50,345 nucleotides of DNA from Gammaproteobacteria bacterium. GTDB taxonomy: Bacteria; Pseudomonadota; Gammaproteobacteria; SURF-13. Position 1 is the stretch's first letter; each line of letters begins with the position of its first letter. This document shows, in pieces, positions 36,670 to 50,345 of the stretch. The translations under genes and the position numbers were made by a program. Location: positions 1 through 50,345 of the forward strand of contig JBDSOT010000132.1 of the NCBI GenBank assembly GCA_039914705.1, read 5' to 3'. Under the pieces are notes generated by a model, which was not told the origin of the DNA, made no database searches, and saw only the letters and a program-made list of their open reading frames with translations.

Positions 36670-37584
36670 TCAACCGCTATGCAGCAGGCGTTTGGGTGCC
36701 ACCCGGCCGTCCTGTAACACCTCCCCCAAGCCCAGAAAACGTCCTTCGGGCGCATATAATTTAACCCAGCCGGAGCCGGGATTGCCGGCCACTGACACGA
36801 CTTGTCCCTGACAAAGATAATGGGCCGCGTCATCCGTTAAATTAACCTCCGGCCAATCTGCCAAGGCTACTTGCATGGGCATAAGCACAGCATCCAACTG
36901 CGTCATACCACTGGCTGCCAGAACGTTTAAGCGGTCAGAGCTTACCATCTCCGACTCCTGAAAATCCCCGAGGCCAATCCTACGCAAGGCCTGCAGGTGT
37001 GCGCCGCAGCCCAAGGTCTCACCGATATCCTCCGCCAGCGTGCGGATATAGGTGCCTTTGGAACAATGCACCTCAATCTCGACCAGATCCTCGCTGTGAT
37101 TGAGCAGCAGGAGCTTGTGAATAGTCACGCGCCGTGCCTGCCGCTCCACGCTGATCCCACGACGGGCAAGTTTATAAAGTGGCTGGCCCTGCTGTTTGAT
37201 AGCCGAGAACATCGGCGGTACCTGCTCGATCTCACCGGTGAAACGGGCGAGCACTTCCTTGAGGCGTTCGCGCGAAATCAAACCAACCGGCCGAACCTCA
37301 AGAATATCGCCTTCCGTGTCGCCGGTACGGGTAGTAATGCCCAGTTTGCACAGCGCGCGATAACGTTTGTCGGTATCGAGCAGAAATCCGGCAATCTTGG
37401 TGGCCTCGCCCAGACAAATCGGCAATAAGCCGCTGGCAAACGGGTCGAGGCTACCGGTGTGGCCGGCCTTGCGTGCTTGAAAAAGACGTTTGACGATCTG
37501 CAAGGCGGCGTTCGAGGTGATGTTCACCGGCTTATCGAGCAGCAGAATGCCGTGCACGTCCCTGCCCTTTGGGGGAGATTTCAC
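36670..37584 (-). CDS. truB: tRNA pseudouridine(55) synthase
   Basis: GILLLDKP..., catalytic Asp in GHTGSLDPFASGLL, C-terminal PUA-like region. Confidence 0.95.
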   Translation of the reverse strand: MKSPPKGRDVHGILLLDKPVNITSNAALQIVKRLFQARKAGHTGSLDPFASGLLPICLGEATKIAGFLLDTDKRYRALCKLGITTRTGDTEGDILEVRPVGLISRERLKEVLARFTGEIEQVPPMFSAIKQQGQPLYKLARRGISVERQARRVTIHKLLLLNHSEDLVEIEVHCSKGTYIRTLAEDIGETLGCGAHLQALRRIGLGDFQESEMVSSDRLNVLAASGMTQLDAVLMPMQVALADWPEVNLTDDAAHYLCQGQVVSVAGNPGSGWVKLYAPEGRFLGLGEVLQDGRVAPKRLLHSG

Positions 37585-37593
37585 GCGCCTGAA

Positions 37594-37974
37594 CTATTGC
37601 TTATCAGTATCTGCATTATGATCTTGATCTGATCTGACGGCCGCGTTGATCAGTGCCGACAAATTCGCACCGTGCTCCACGGTAGGGTCGTAGATAAAGC
37701 GCAGTTGCGGGATGACTCTCATCAAGGTGCGCCGCGCCAACTCATGACGCAGAAATCCTGCCGCGCCGTTTAATATCTTTATGCTGTTGACGGCATCCTG
37801 CTTATTATCCAGCACGGTGATAAAGACCTTCGCGTGTGCCATATCCTTCGACAACTTGACTGCGGAGACCGTGACCATGCCGACTCGGGGGTCGCTAACC
37901 TGTTGCTGGATTAACTGGGCCAGCTCGCGCTGAATCTGGTCGCCCATGCGTTGCGTGCGGCTGAATTCTTTCAT
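37594..37974 (-). CDS. rbfA: Ribosome-binding factor A
   Basis: MKEFSRTQRMGDQIQRELAQLI... Confidence 0.95.
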   Translation of the reverse strand: MKEFSRTQRMGDQIQRELAQLIQQQVSDPRVGMVTVSAVKLSKDMAHAKVFITVLDNKQDAVNSIKILNGAAGFLRHELARRTLMRVIPQLRFIYDPTVEHGANLSALINAAVRSDQDHNADTDKQ

Positions 37975-38045
37975 AGTAAAAACAAATCCGACGCTAGTGC
38001 CTTTAGTCTGTTTTATATCTTGAGTCTTTGCTCTTGTAGCTGCCT

Positions 38046-40574
38046 TTAAAGTTTACGGGTTACCTGCACCTTCTCGTAAACCTCGATCTGATCGCCGGGC
38101 GTTACATCGGTGTAATTTTTCACGCCGATACCGCACTCGGTACCTGCCCGAACCTCGTTCACGTCATCCTTAAAGCGACGCAGAGATTCCAGCTCGCCCT
38201 CGAAGACCACGACATTATTGCGCAACACACGGATCGGATTATTGCGCCGCACTACACCCTCAACCACACGACAACCGGCAATCGCGCCGATCTTGGTGGA
38301 CTTGAACACATCGTGAACCTCGGCGAGGCCGATGATCTGTTCCTTGAACTCGGGCGAGAGCATGCCGGTCATGGCGGCGCGTACCTCGTCGATGACGTTA
38401 TAGATGATGCTGTAATAGCGCAGATCGACACCTTCCTCGGCGATCAGGCGGCGCGCAGAGGCATCGGCGCGGGCGTTAAAACCAATCAGGATGGCGCCCG
38501 AGGCCACGGCGAGATTGACATCCGATTCGTTGATGCCACCCACACCGCTTGCCAGTATGCGAACCTTTACTTCATCCGTGGAAAGTTTATATAACGCATC
38601 CCGCAAGGCCTCGGCAGAACCCTGCACATCGGCCTTGATAACCAGGTTGAGCGTGCTGATCTTGCCCTCTTCGAGCTGAGTAAATACATCTTCAAGCTTG
38701 GTGACTTGCTGACGCGCCAGTTTGACGTCGCGGAATTTACCCTGGCGGAACAGTGCAATCTCGCGTGCCTTGCGTTCGTCACTGACTACGACAACCTCAT
38801 CGCCTGCATTGGGCGTACCTGACAGACCCAGCACCATTACCGGCATGGACGGATTACCCTCGTTAATATTTCTGCCGTTCTCATCGAGCAACGCACGCAC
38901 GCGTCCAAATTCATGCCCGGCCAGCAGCATATCGCCACGACGCAGCGTGCCGTTTTGTACCAGCACGGTCGCTACCGGGCCGCGCCCTTTGTCGAGACTG
39001 GATTCGATAACGACGCCGGTCGCCGGACTCTCCTTCACGGCCGTCAGTTCCAACACCTCAGCCTGCACCAAGATGGAATCGAGCAGGCTGTCAATGCCCA
39101 CGCCGGTCTTGGCGGAGACGTGCACAAAAATAGTGTCGCCGCCCCATTCCTCGGGAACTACTTCGTGCTTCACCAGTTCCTGTCTGACGCGCTCCGGATC
39201 GGCATCGGGTTTGTCGATTTTATTCACTGCGACAAGGATGGGTACATTGGCTGCCTTGGCGTGTTGAATGGCCTCAATGGTCTGCGGCATGACGCCGTCA
39301 TCCGCAGCCACCACGAGAACGACGATATCCGTAACCTTGGCACCGCGTGCGCGCATTGCGGTGAAGGCTGCATGGCCCGGCGTATCAAGGAAGCTGATCA
39401 TGCCCCGATTAGTTTCCACGTGATAGGCACCGATATGCTGGGTAATACCACCCGCCTCGCCGGTAGCAACCTTGGTGCGGCGTATGTAATCGAGCAGCGA
39501 GGTCTTGCCATGATCGACGTGACCCATGATGGTAACGACCGGCGGACGCACCACTTTATCGCCAACGATTGCACCACCCAGATTCAGCGCGGCCTCCAGG
39601 GCATTTTCCTCCAGCACCTTGGCAACATGTCCCATCTCTTCGACCACCACCATGGCGGTCTCACGGTCAATAACCTGATTGATGGTGACCATGCTGCCCA
39701 TTTTCATCATGATCTTGATGACCTCGGCGGCCTTCACCGACATCTTCTGGGCGAGTTCGGTAACGGTAATTGTTTCGGGCAGACTGACCTCACGCACCAC
39801 GGCCGCAGTCGGCCGTTCAAAACCGTGCTTTCCGGTACTGGCAACGGCCAGCGTTCGGCCCTTGGACTTTTTCTTGCGCCGCCCTGACATATCGGTAGCG
39901 ACGTGCAGTTCCTGGCGCCCGTACTTGGTGCCTGCCTCATCCTTGCCACCACGCCACTTGGGTTTTTTATCGTTCTTGTCGGGGAGCGGTGCCGCAACCG
40001 GCTTGGTTTGCTCTTTTCCCGCAGAGGGTGCGGGGCGCGCCGCTTTCTTGAGTTTGTCTTCCTGCTCGGCCTTGAGTTTCGCTTCCTGCTCAAGCTTCAA
40101 GCGGGCCTCTTCTTCCTGCCTTACGGCTTCGGCCTTTTGTTGAGCTTCAACTTGCTGCTTGAGAGTCTCGCCCTCACTCAAGGCCCGTTCGCTGGCCTCA
40201 ATACGCTGCTTTTCTGCGGACTCTACCTCTACACGCTCCATCTCATCGGCAATCACGGCGCTGCGTTTAACGTAGGTGTGCTTTTTACGCACCTCGACAT
40301 TAACAGTCTTGGCAGTTTTCCCCTGAGTGCCCGACTGTCTCAGTGCGCTGACGGTTTTGCGCTTGAGCGTGATCTTGCGCGGTTCGGCTATCCCCGCCTC
40401 TTTGCCTTCGCCCTGATCGCGCCGCAGATAACCGAGCAATTGCAGTTTTTCATTATCGCTGATCGTCTCATCGGCATCCTTGGTCGGCAGACCGGCCTGT
40501 CCCAACTGCGCGAGCAGGTGATCGACCGGAATACCGACGACATCGGCAAATTGCTTAATAGTGACATCAGACAT
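38046..40574 (-). CDS. infB: Translation initiation factor IF-2
   Basis: 842 aa, charged N-terminal region, G domain [12 protein letters not shown] / DTPGH / NKID. Confidence 0.98.
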   Translation of the reverse strand: MSDVTIKQFADVVGIPVDHLLAQLGQAGLPTKDADETISDNEKLQLLGYLRRDQGEGKEAGIAEPRKITLKRKTVSALRQSGTQGKTAKTVNVEVRKKHTYVKRSAVIADEMERVEVESAEKQRIEASERALSEGETLKQQVEAQQKAEAVRQEEEARLKLEQEAKLKAEQEDKLKKAARPAPSAGKEQTKPVAAPLPDKNDKKPKWRGGKDEAGTKYGRQELHVATDMSGRRKKKSKGRTLAVASTGKHGFERPTAAVVREVSLPETITVTELAQKMSVKAAEVIKIMMKMGSMVTINQVIDRETAMVVVEEMGHVAKVLEENALEAALNLGGAIVGDKVVRPPVVTIMGHVDHGKTSLLDYIRRTKVATGEAGGITQHIGAYHVETNRGMISFLDTPGHAAFTAMRARGAKVTDIVVLVVAADDGVMPQTIEAIQHAKAANVPILVAVNKIDKPDADPERVRQELVKHEVVPEEWGGDTIFVHVSAKTGVGIDSLLDSILVQAEVLELTAVKESPATGVVIESSLDKGRGPVATVLVQNGTLRRGDMLLAGHEFGRVRALLDENGRNINEGNPSMPVMVLGLSGTPNAGDEVVVVSDERKAREIALFRQGKFRDVKLARQQVTKLEDVFTQLEEGKISTLNLVIKADVQGSAEALRDALYKLSTDEVKVRILASGVGGINESDVNLAVASGAILIGFNARADASARRLIAEEGVDLRYYSIIYNVIDEVRAAMTGMLSPEFKEQIIGLAEVHDVFKSTKIGAIAGCRVVEGVVRRNNPIRVLRNNVVVFEGELESLRRFKDDVNEVRAGTECGIGVKNYTDVTPGDQIEVYEKVQVTRKL

Positions 40575-40699
40575 GCATAAACCTCTGAACGATGGCTTTC
40601 ATTCGGGGCCATCCGCCCTTTTCAAATAGCGCTACTGCGTCCGCACCAACTAACAACTCCAGCGGCTAAATTCATAATCCGTTACGGCTTTACCGGGTA

Positions 40700-42202
40700 T
40701 CACTTAGCCGCGTGCTCGTTGGCAAACCATGGGGCGCGCGCCGTCATGATGAGTTTACTGGCGCGTTCATTATCCATGCCCTCAATATCGACGAGATCAT
40801 CCACGGCCTGTTCGGCCAGATCTTCCATGGTGATAATGCCGCGGCGCGCCAGCACGGTGGCCAAACCCTCATCCATGCCCTCGATGTCGAGCAATTCCTG
40901 CGAGAGATCCGGCTTGTTCAGCTTCTCTTCCTTGGCGATGGCGCGCGTCAACAATACATCCTTGGCGCGGGTGCGTAATTCCTCGACGAGGTCTTCATCG
41001 AACTCTTCAATGGCAAGCATCTCCTGAATCGGTACATAGGCGACCTCCTCAATGCTCGAAAAACCTTCCTGCGCAAGGATCGCCGCCACATCTTCATCAA
41101 CATCCAACTGTTCACGAAACAGATTTTGCAGCGTCTCGGTCTCGGCCTCGCTCTTTTCCTCGGCCTGCGCCTCTGTCATCACGTTCAATTCCCAGCCGGT
41201 GAGTTGACTGGCCAGGCGCACATTCTGCCCGCCGCGCCCAATGGCCTGCGACAATTGATCTTCGACCACCGCGACATCCATACTGTGCGCCTCTTCGTCG
41301 ACAACGATGGAGATGACCTCGGCGGGCGACATGGCATTGATCACAAATTGTGCCGGGTTTTCATCCCATAGAATAATATCAATGCGCTCACCGGCCAGTT
41401 CACTGGAGACAGCCTGCACGCGTGAGCCACGCATACCGACGCATGCGCCGACCGGGTCGATGCGAGGTTCGTTTGACTTCACGGCGATCTTGGCGCGCAA
41501 CCCAGGGTCGCGCGCGGCGCTCTTGATCTCGATCAAACCTTCACCGACCTCGGGAACCTCAAGCTTGAATAATTCGATAACCAGTTCAGGCGCGGTGCGG
41601 CTGATGAATAATTGCGGGCCGCGTGCCTCGGAACGTATCTCGCGCAGATAACCACGCACGCGATCACCTGTACGCACTGCCTCACGCGGAATCATCTCAT
41701 CGCGGGCGATGAGCGCCTCAGCATTACCGCCCAGGTCCAGAATAATGCTGCCACGCTCGACGCGCTTGATAATGCCCGTGACCAGTTCGCCACGACGATC
41801 TTTGTAAGCCTCGACAACCTGGGCGCGCTCCGCATCACGCACCTTCTGCACGATGACCTGACGCGCGGTCTGTGCGGCGATACGGCCGAAACTGACTGAT
41901 TCCAGAGGCTCCTGAACATACTCACCAACGCTAATGTCGGACTTGATGTCCAGCGCGTCCATTAGCTTAATTTGGCTCTCGGGTAAAAAATCTTCCGCCG
42001 CGTCGCCGACCACTTGCCAACTGCGGAATGTTTGATAGTCGCCGGTCTCGCGATTGATAACCACGCGCACATCGACACCCTCGGCGTGGCGTTTCTTGGT
42101 AGCGGTCGCCAGCGCGGCCTCGATGGCCTCGAAAATAATAGCCTTGCTGACACCCTTCTCATTCGAGACAGCGTCAACCACCAAGAGTATCTCTTTATTC
42201 AT
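40700..42202 (-). CDS. nusA: Transcription termination/antitermination factor NusA
   Basis: MNKEILLVVDAVSNEKGV..., S1, KH1/KH2 and two acidic C-terminal repeats. Confidence 0.98.
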   Translation of the reverse strand: MNKEILLVVDAVSNEKGVSKAIIFEAIEAALATATKKRHAEGVDVRVVINRETGDYQTFRSWQVVGDAAEDFLPESQIKLMDALDIKSDISVGEYVQEPLESVSFGRIAAQTARQVIVQKVRDAERAQVVEAYKDRRGELVTGIIKRVERGSIILDLGGNAEALIARDEMIPREAVRTGDRVRGYLREIRSEARGPQLFISRTAPELVIELFKLEVPEVGEGLIEIKSAARDPGLRAKIAVKSNEPRIDPVGACVGMRGSRVQAVSSELAGERIDIILWDENPAQFVINAMSPAEVISIVVDEEAHSMDVAVVEDQLSQAIGRGGQNVRLASQLTGWELNVMTEAQAEEKSEAETETLQNLFREQLDVDEDVAAILAQEGFSSIEEVAYVPIQEMLAIEEFDEDLVEELRTRAKDVLLTRAIAKEEKLNKPDLSQELLDIEGMDEGLATVLARRGIITMEDLAEQAVDDLVDIEGMDNERASKLIMTARAPWFANEHAAK

Positions 42203-42251
42203 AACACCACCTCTAATGAACGGCAGTTACAACCAAGCAGCGTTCGCTGTT

Positions 42252-42707
42252 TCATGTGCCAGGCACCAGGCGCGCCTTGTCGATATTATCTAACGGTAGA
42301 CTGATTTCCCTTGCCTCTTCTTTTATTGTCACGTGCTCACCGCTGACGCCAAGCAACAGGCCCGAAAAATTACGCTGGCCGTTAAGCGGCGCATTTAGGC
42401 GCAGCTTGACAGGATGGCCGATAAACTGGGCAAACTGTTGCAGCGTAAATAACGGCCTGTCCAAGCCGGGCGAGGAAATCTCCAGGGCATAGCGGCCCTT
42501 GATCGGATCTTCCACATCCAGTACGCCACTGACCTGATGACTGACGCGCTGGCAATCCTCGGCGCTAATGCCATCGGCGCTGTCGATATAAATCCGTAAC
42601 GTCGAGCCGTGCCCCTGCGAGGCATATTCCACACCGACCAGCTCATAACCTAACGCAGTAACCGCCGGTTCGACCAATTGCCGCAAGTGTAAAGGTGCTT
42701 GACGCAT
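42252..42707 (-). CDS. rimP: Ribosome maturation factor RimP
   Basis: Start at ATG 42707 (MRQAPLHLRQLVEPAVTALGYELVGVEY). First gene of the nusA-infB operon. Confidence 0.9.
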   Translation of the reverse strand: MRQAPLHLRQLVEPAVTALGYELVGVEYASQGHGSTLRIYIDSADGISAEDCQRVSHQVSGVLDVEDPIKGRYALEISSPGLDRPLFTLQQFAQFIGHPVKLRLNAPLNGQRNFSGLLLGVSGEHVTIKEEAREISLPLDNIDKARLVPGT

Positions 42708-42845
42708 TCTCAGGCTCCGGAAATAAAAAATGGGCACGAGGCCCACTTCTCAAAACTCACTATAATCATCGTATTATACTAACCGATAAAGGTCAGCTAA
42801 ACGCTATACTGTCTTTGTCCGCTGCCGGACATCGACCTTAATTCC

Positions 42846-42922
42846 TGGTAGCGGGGGCAGGATTTGAACCTGCGACCTTCGGGTTATGAGCCCGACGAGC
42901 TGCCAGACTGCTCCACCCCGCA
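42846..42922 (-). tRNA. metY: Initiator tRNA-fMet (anticodon CAU)
   Basis: Nearly collinear with E. coli tRNA-fMet: three G:C pairs in the anticodon stem (GGG/CCC), loop CUCAUAA, unpaired 1:72, encoded CCA. Upstream of rimP-nusA-infB, as in E. coli. Confidence 0.93.
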
Positions 42923-43041
42923 ATAGACTAATAATTGTACGAAAGAACCGCCATCTTTACAAGCAGCCGTAACAAGAACCTCCCGCCAGCCCTGCATTTT
43001 TCACATAGGCGAGGCCGCCTGATTTGTTTAAACTTGCGCGG

Positions 43042-45603
<2,562 letters not shown>

Positions 45604-45614
45604 GCAATCTCCCA

Positions 45615-45640
45615 ATACTCTGGCATTCTATACTCTGGCA
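45615..45640. repeat. Tandem direct repeat ATACTCTGGCA x2 (4-nt spacer)
   Basis: Copies at 45615-45625 and 45630-45640 are identical. They lie between the mutS stop and yciB. Confidence 0.85.
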
Positions 45641-45772
45641 CAGCACCATTTTGCCTAATGCAGGCGCACTTGTTAAACTGCCCACTAAAGCAATGTTGTT
45701 CCACCCAGCAACATCATACCCGGCGCATGCGACGCCGCCTCTACATCCACTAAAAGACACATCCCGGCACTT

Positions 45773-46333
45773 ATGAAATTTCTGTTCGATTTTTTCCCTA
45801 TTCTGCTTTTTTTTATCGCGTACAAAATGTACGGAATTTATGCGGCAACGATAGTCGCTATAGCTGCATCTTTTGCACAAGTCGGCCTATTCTGGTTCAA
45901 GCATCGACGCTTTGAAACCACCCATCTTATAACGCTGGGCATCATCGTAATCTTCGGTGGGGCGACGCTGCTGCTGCAAGATGAGATGTTCATCAAATGG
46001 AAACCAACGGTATTAAACTGGCTGCTCGGCCTGGGCTTCCTCGGCAGCCAGTTCATCGGCAAGCAAACTATCGCCCAGCGCATGATGGGGAAGAGTATCG
46101 CGCTGCCATTATCCGGCTGGCGAAATCTAAACCTTAGCTGGGCAATCTTCTTCATCGCCATGGGCTTCCTCAATCTTTACGTTGTCTATAATTTCGACAC
46201 TGACACTTGGGTGAACTTCAAGCTGTTCGGCATACTCGGCCTGACCTTTGTTTTCGTTATCGCGCAGGCCTTCTATCTCTCCCGCTATGCGAAACCCATC
46301 AGCGATGCCGCCAGTGATTCGAAAAGCGAGTAA
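45773..46333 (+). CDS. yciB: Intracellular septation / inner-membrane protein YciB (IspZ)
   Basis: [23 protein letters not shown]..., 186 aa, five predicted TM segments. Confidence 0.9.
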   Translation: MKFLFDFFPILLFFIAYKMYGIYAATIVAIAASFAQVGLFWFKHRRFETTHLITLGIIVIFGGATLLLQDEMFIKWKPTVLNWLLGLGFLGSQFIGKQTIAQRMMGKSIALPLSGWRNLNLSWAIFFIAMGFLNLYVVYNFDTDTWVNFKLFGILGLTFVFVIAQAFYLSRYAKPISDAASDSKSE

Positions 46334-46337
46334 AGCC

Positions 46338-46637
46338 TTGCTCTATGCCATCATAAGTGAAGATATTAATGACAGCCTGGAGCGCCGACGCGCCGCGCGC
46401 CCGGCACATCTGCAACGCTTAACACAATTACGCGACGAAGGCCGCCTGGTATTAGCCGGCCCGCATCCGGCCATCGACAATGACGATCCCGGCGCGGCGG
46501 GCTTCACCGGCAGCCTGATCGTTGCGGAATTTGCCTCGTTGGAGCAAGCCCAGGCCTGGGCCGATTCCGATCCGTATCAGGCTGCAGGCGTCTACTCCAA
46601 GCTCACCGTGAAACCCTATAAAAAGATATTGCCGTGA
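46338..46637 (+). CDS. YciI family protein
   Basis: TTG 46338 gives (M)[27 protein letters not shown]... about 99 aa, typical YciI. The ORF-track upstream extension overlaps yciB. Confidence 0.8.
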   Translation: MLYAIISEDINDSLERRRAARPAHLQRLTQLRDEGRLVLAGPHPAIDNDDPGAAGFTGSLIVAEFASLEQAQAWADSDPYQAAGVYSKLTVKPYKKILP

Positions 46638-46933
46638 TACCCTCTGCTGAACGGGTAAGCATGATCGAGGAACGCTTACGCGAGGCCTTATCCCCGCAGC
46701 ATATTGAGATCGTCGATGACAGCCATAAGCATGCCGGACACGCGGGTGCGCGCAGCGGCGGCGGACATTTCAGCGTGACCTTGGTCGCGGAAATTTTTGC
46801 CGGCGAGAAACCTTTGCAGCGGCATCGCCGCGTTTACGATGCCTTGGGGTCCGCCATGCAAACCGACATCCACGCCCTCAGCATCCGCGCCTACACACCG
46901 CAGGAATTCACTAGCCTTAATCCAAAGGAATAA
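46634..46933 (+). CDS. bolA: BolA family protein
   Basis: [15 protein letters not shown]...[27 protein letters not shown]. Start is GTG 46634 (GTGA overlap with the yciI stop) or ATG 46661. Confidence 0.85.
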   Translation: MIPSAERVSMIEERLREALSPQHIEIVDDSHKHAGHAGARSGGGHFSVTLVAEIFAGEKPLQRHRRVYDALGSAMQTDIHALSIRAYTPQEFTSLNPKE

Positions 46934-46938
46934 TTCGC

Positions 46939-47856
46939 ATGCAAAAAATCATTAATAATCTGTTGCTCGTGAGTTTACTCAGCGTTGCATTGACGGCTTG
47001 TAATAAAAGTCCGGGCGACAAGCAGGACGTCACTAAAATTGCTCCGGCAGCGGCCTCGGCAAATACTGATGTGGTGGCCACAGTAAACGGCAAGCCCATA
47101 ACAAAATCGGTATTCGATATTTATGTGAATCAACGGCACGCCTCACGACCCGACGACGCATCGGCGAATGATCCTAAAGCCGCCCTTGAAGAAACTGTGA
47201 ACCGTGAGGTTATTTATCAGGAGGCGTTGCGCAAAGGCTTGGACAAAACAGCGCCGGTGATGGCCGAGCTGGAAAACAGCGAGCGTAATGTGCTTGCCAA
47301 TGCACTGTTACGCGATTATCTGGAAACCCACAAATCCACCGATGAGGCGCTGAAGAAAGAATACGATGCCACGATTTCACAACTGGCATCCAAGGAAAAC
47401 AAGGCACGGCACATCCTTGTTAAAGACGAACAGGATGCTAAAAATATCATTAAACAACTGGACAGCGGGGCGGATTTTGCCGCCATCGCCAAGGAGAAAT
47501 CTCTGGACATCACATCCGGAAAGGAAGGCGGTGATCTCGGTTGGTTTCAGGCAGGGCAGATGGTCAAGCCGTTCAGCGATGCGGTGGCGTCAATGAACAA
47601 AGGCAGCTACAGCAAGACACCTGTGCAGACCGAATTCGGCTGGCATATTATCCTGCTGGAAGACACGCGCGATGTGAAGCCGCCGGAGTTTAATCAGGTT
47701 AAAGAGAACGTACGCGCTGTGGTGCAAAGCAAGGGCATCAAGGATTACCTCGCCCAGCTGAAGGCGCAGGCCAAGATTGAGATTAAACAAGGCACGCCTG
47801 CTGCGCCGGGCAAACAAGATGCTGCGCCCGCGCCTTCGGCGGCGCCGGTCAAGTAA
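46939..47856 (+). CDS. Parvulin-type peptidyl-prolyl isomerase lipoprotein (SurA-like N-domain)
   Basis: Lipobox VALTAC. PpiC domain ARHILVKDEQDAKNII...GGDLGWFQAGQMVKPF...EFGWHIILLED. Confidence 0.88.
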   Translation: MQKIINNLLLVSLLSVALTACNKSPGDKQDVTKIAPAAASANTDVVATVNGKPITKSVFDIYVNQRHASRPDDASANDPKAALEETVNREVIYQEALRKGLDKTAPVMAELENSERNVLANALLRDYLETHKSTDEALKKEYDATISQLASKENKARHILVKDEQDAKNIIKQLDSGADFAAIAKEKSLDITSGKEGGDLGWFQAGQMVKPFSDAVASMNKGSYSKTPVQTEFGWHIILLEDTRDVKPPEFNQVKENVRAVVQSKGIKDYLAQLKAQAKIEIKQGTPAAPGKQDAAPAPSAAPVK

Positions 47857-47912
47857 TCATTGGTCACAGTGTTAACTTTGGATCGAATCAACACAACAAC
47901 AGGAGCGAACAC

Positions 47913-48110
47913 ATGAAAATGTACCTTGCCTTATGTGCCGGTGCCGCATTATTAGCCACAGGCTGCGACAACACCGCGACCGAACCCAAGCCGAAGATAT
48001 ACAAGGAAGAGATTCAGGCGCTTGATAAGGCCAAGAATGTCCAAAACATCGTTGACCAGCAGGCTCAGGAACAGCGCCAGAGGCTTGATGCAGCCGAGAA
48101 AGATCAATAA
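47913..48110 (+). CDS. Small lipoprotein, function unknown
   Basis: 65 aa, lipobox LLATGC, hydrophilic K/E/Q-rich mature part. AGGAG SD upstream. Confidence 0.55.
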   Translation: MKMYLALCAGAALLATGCDNTATEPKPKIYKEEIQALDKAKNVQNIVDQQAQEQRQRLDAAEKDQ

Positions 48111-48136
48111 ACCATACCGTTGCGCGTGCAAGCTAA

Positions 48137-48264
48137 GGAAACTCTGATGTATCAATAAACGTCGTTCCCGCGAAAGCGGGAACCCAGAAAGTCACTGAAT
48201 GGTAAGCACTGGATTCCGGGTCTACGCTACGCTTCGCCCGGAATGACGACACATCAGAGCTTCC
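48137..48264. repeat. MITE/REP-like composite: 14-bp terminal inverted repeats enclosing two REP-type hairpins
   Basis: GGAAACTCTGATGT (48137-48150) versus ACATCAGAGCTTCC (48251-48264), 13/14 complementary. Inside are GTTCCCGC-GAAA-GCGGGAAC and the inverted relative CATTCCGGGCGAAGCG...ACCCGGAATCC. Confidence 0.65.
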
Positions 48265-48300
48265 CTAATATCATTGCGCTGCAACAGCGCGGTAATATTT

Positions 48301-50343
<2,043 letters not shown>

Positions 50344-50345
50344 CT

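Noticed and set aside
38913-39887. 324-aa plus-strand ORF inside infB. Similar long antisense or out-of-frame ORFs occur elsewhere (6824-7531, 7300-7809, 11003-11698, 33939-34463, 39903-40580, 43690-44148 and others).
   Set aside because: These are shadow ORFs typical of GC-rich coding DNA. Each lies wholly inside a confidently identified conserved gene. Their translations are Arg/Ala/Gly/His-rich with no recognisable motifs.
45636-45660. Sigma-54-like TGGCAC...TTGC in CTGGCACAGCACCATTTTGCC
   Set aside because: The spacing between the GG and GC elements is about 14 nt rather than the required 10, so it does not fit the -24/-12 consensus.

Overview
This looks like a gammaproteobacterial-type chromosomal core region. 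It is densely coding: 44 protein genes and 3 tRNAs. I found no rRNA, CRISPR array, transposase, integrase or phage genes.

Gene order, left to right:
- rodZ(partial)-pilW-rlmN-ndk (-)
- cysteine desulfurase-iscR-cysE (-), a host-attachment-family gene, then trmJ (-) / suhB (+)
- recA-recX-alaS-lysC-csrA-tRNA-Ser(GCU)-tRNA-Arg(ACG) (+)
- a visibly AT-richer segment (about 14.3-20.9 kb) with speA (-) and speE (+), bracketed by two paralogous secreted proteins of unknown function
- proB-obg (-), then an adenylate kinase carrying a long Lys/Ala/Pro tail (-)
- PPi-dependent phosphofructokinase + H+-pyrophosphatase + an orphan phoR (+)
- yqhA, a CaCA antiporter, a DUF4124 protein and fetAB
- pnp-rpsO-truB-rbfA-infB-nusA-rimP-tRNA-fMet (-)
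- mutS-yciB-yciI-bolA-parvulin-lipoprotein (+) and ligA (-)

I could not find a self-evident multi-gene novel system (defence, secretion, biosynthetic cluster). The features that stand out most are:
1. The paralogue pair shares an almost identical signal peptide and a conserved, structured leader of about 150 nt. The leader has a perfect palindrome, an anti-start-codon pairing and distal upstream boxes.
2. The Adk fusion to a histone-H1-like tail sits divergent from the PPi-metabolism genes.
3. A 19-nt direct repeat of the tRNA-Ser 3' end encloses a 164-bp remnant that contains tRNA fragments.
4. Five back-to-back hairpins lie between alaS and lysC.
5. Two genes (recX, fetA) have conserved N-termini encoded upstream of any ATG/GTG/TTG, with well-spaced Shine-Dalgarno (SD) sequences in front of CTG codons.

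Everything rests on reading the sequence and the supplied ORF translations. No database search was run, and start codons moved away from the ORF track are homology-based judgements.
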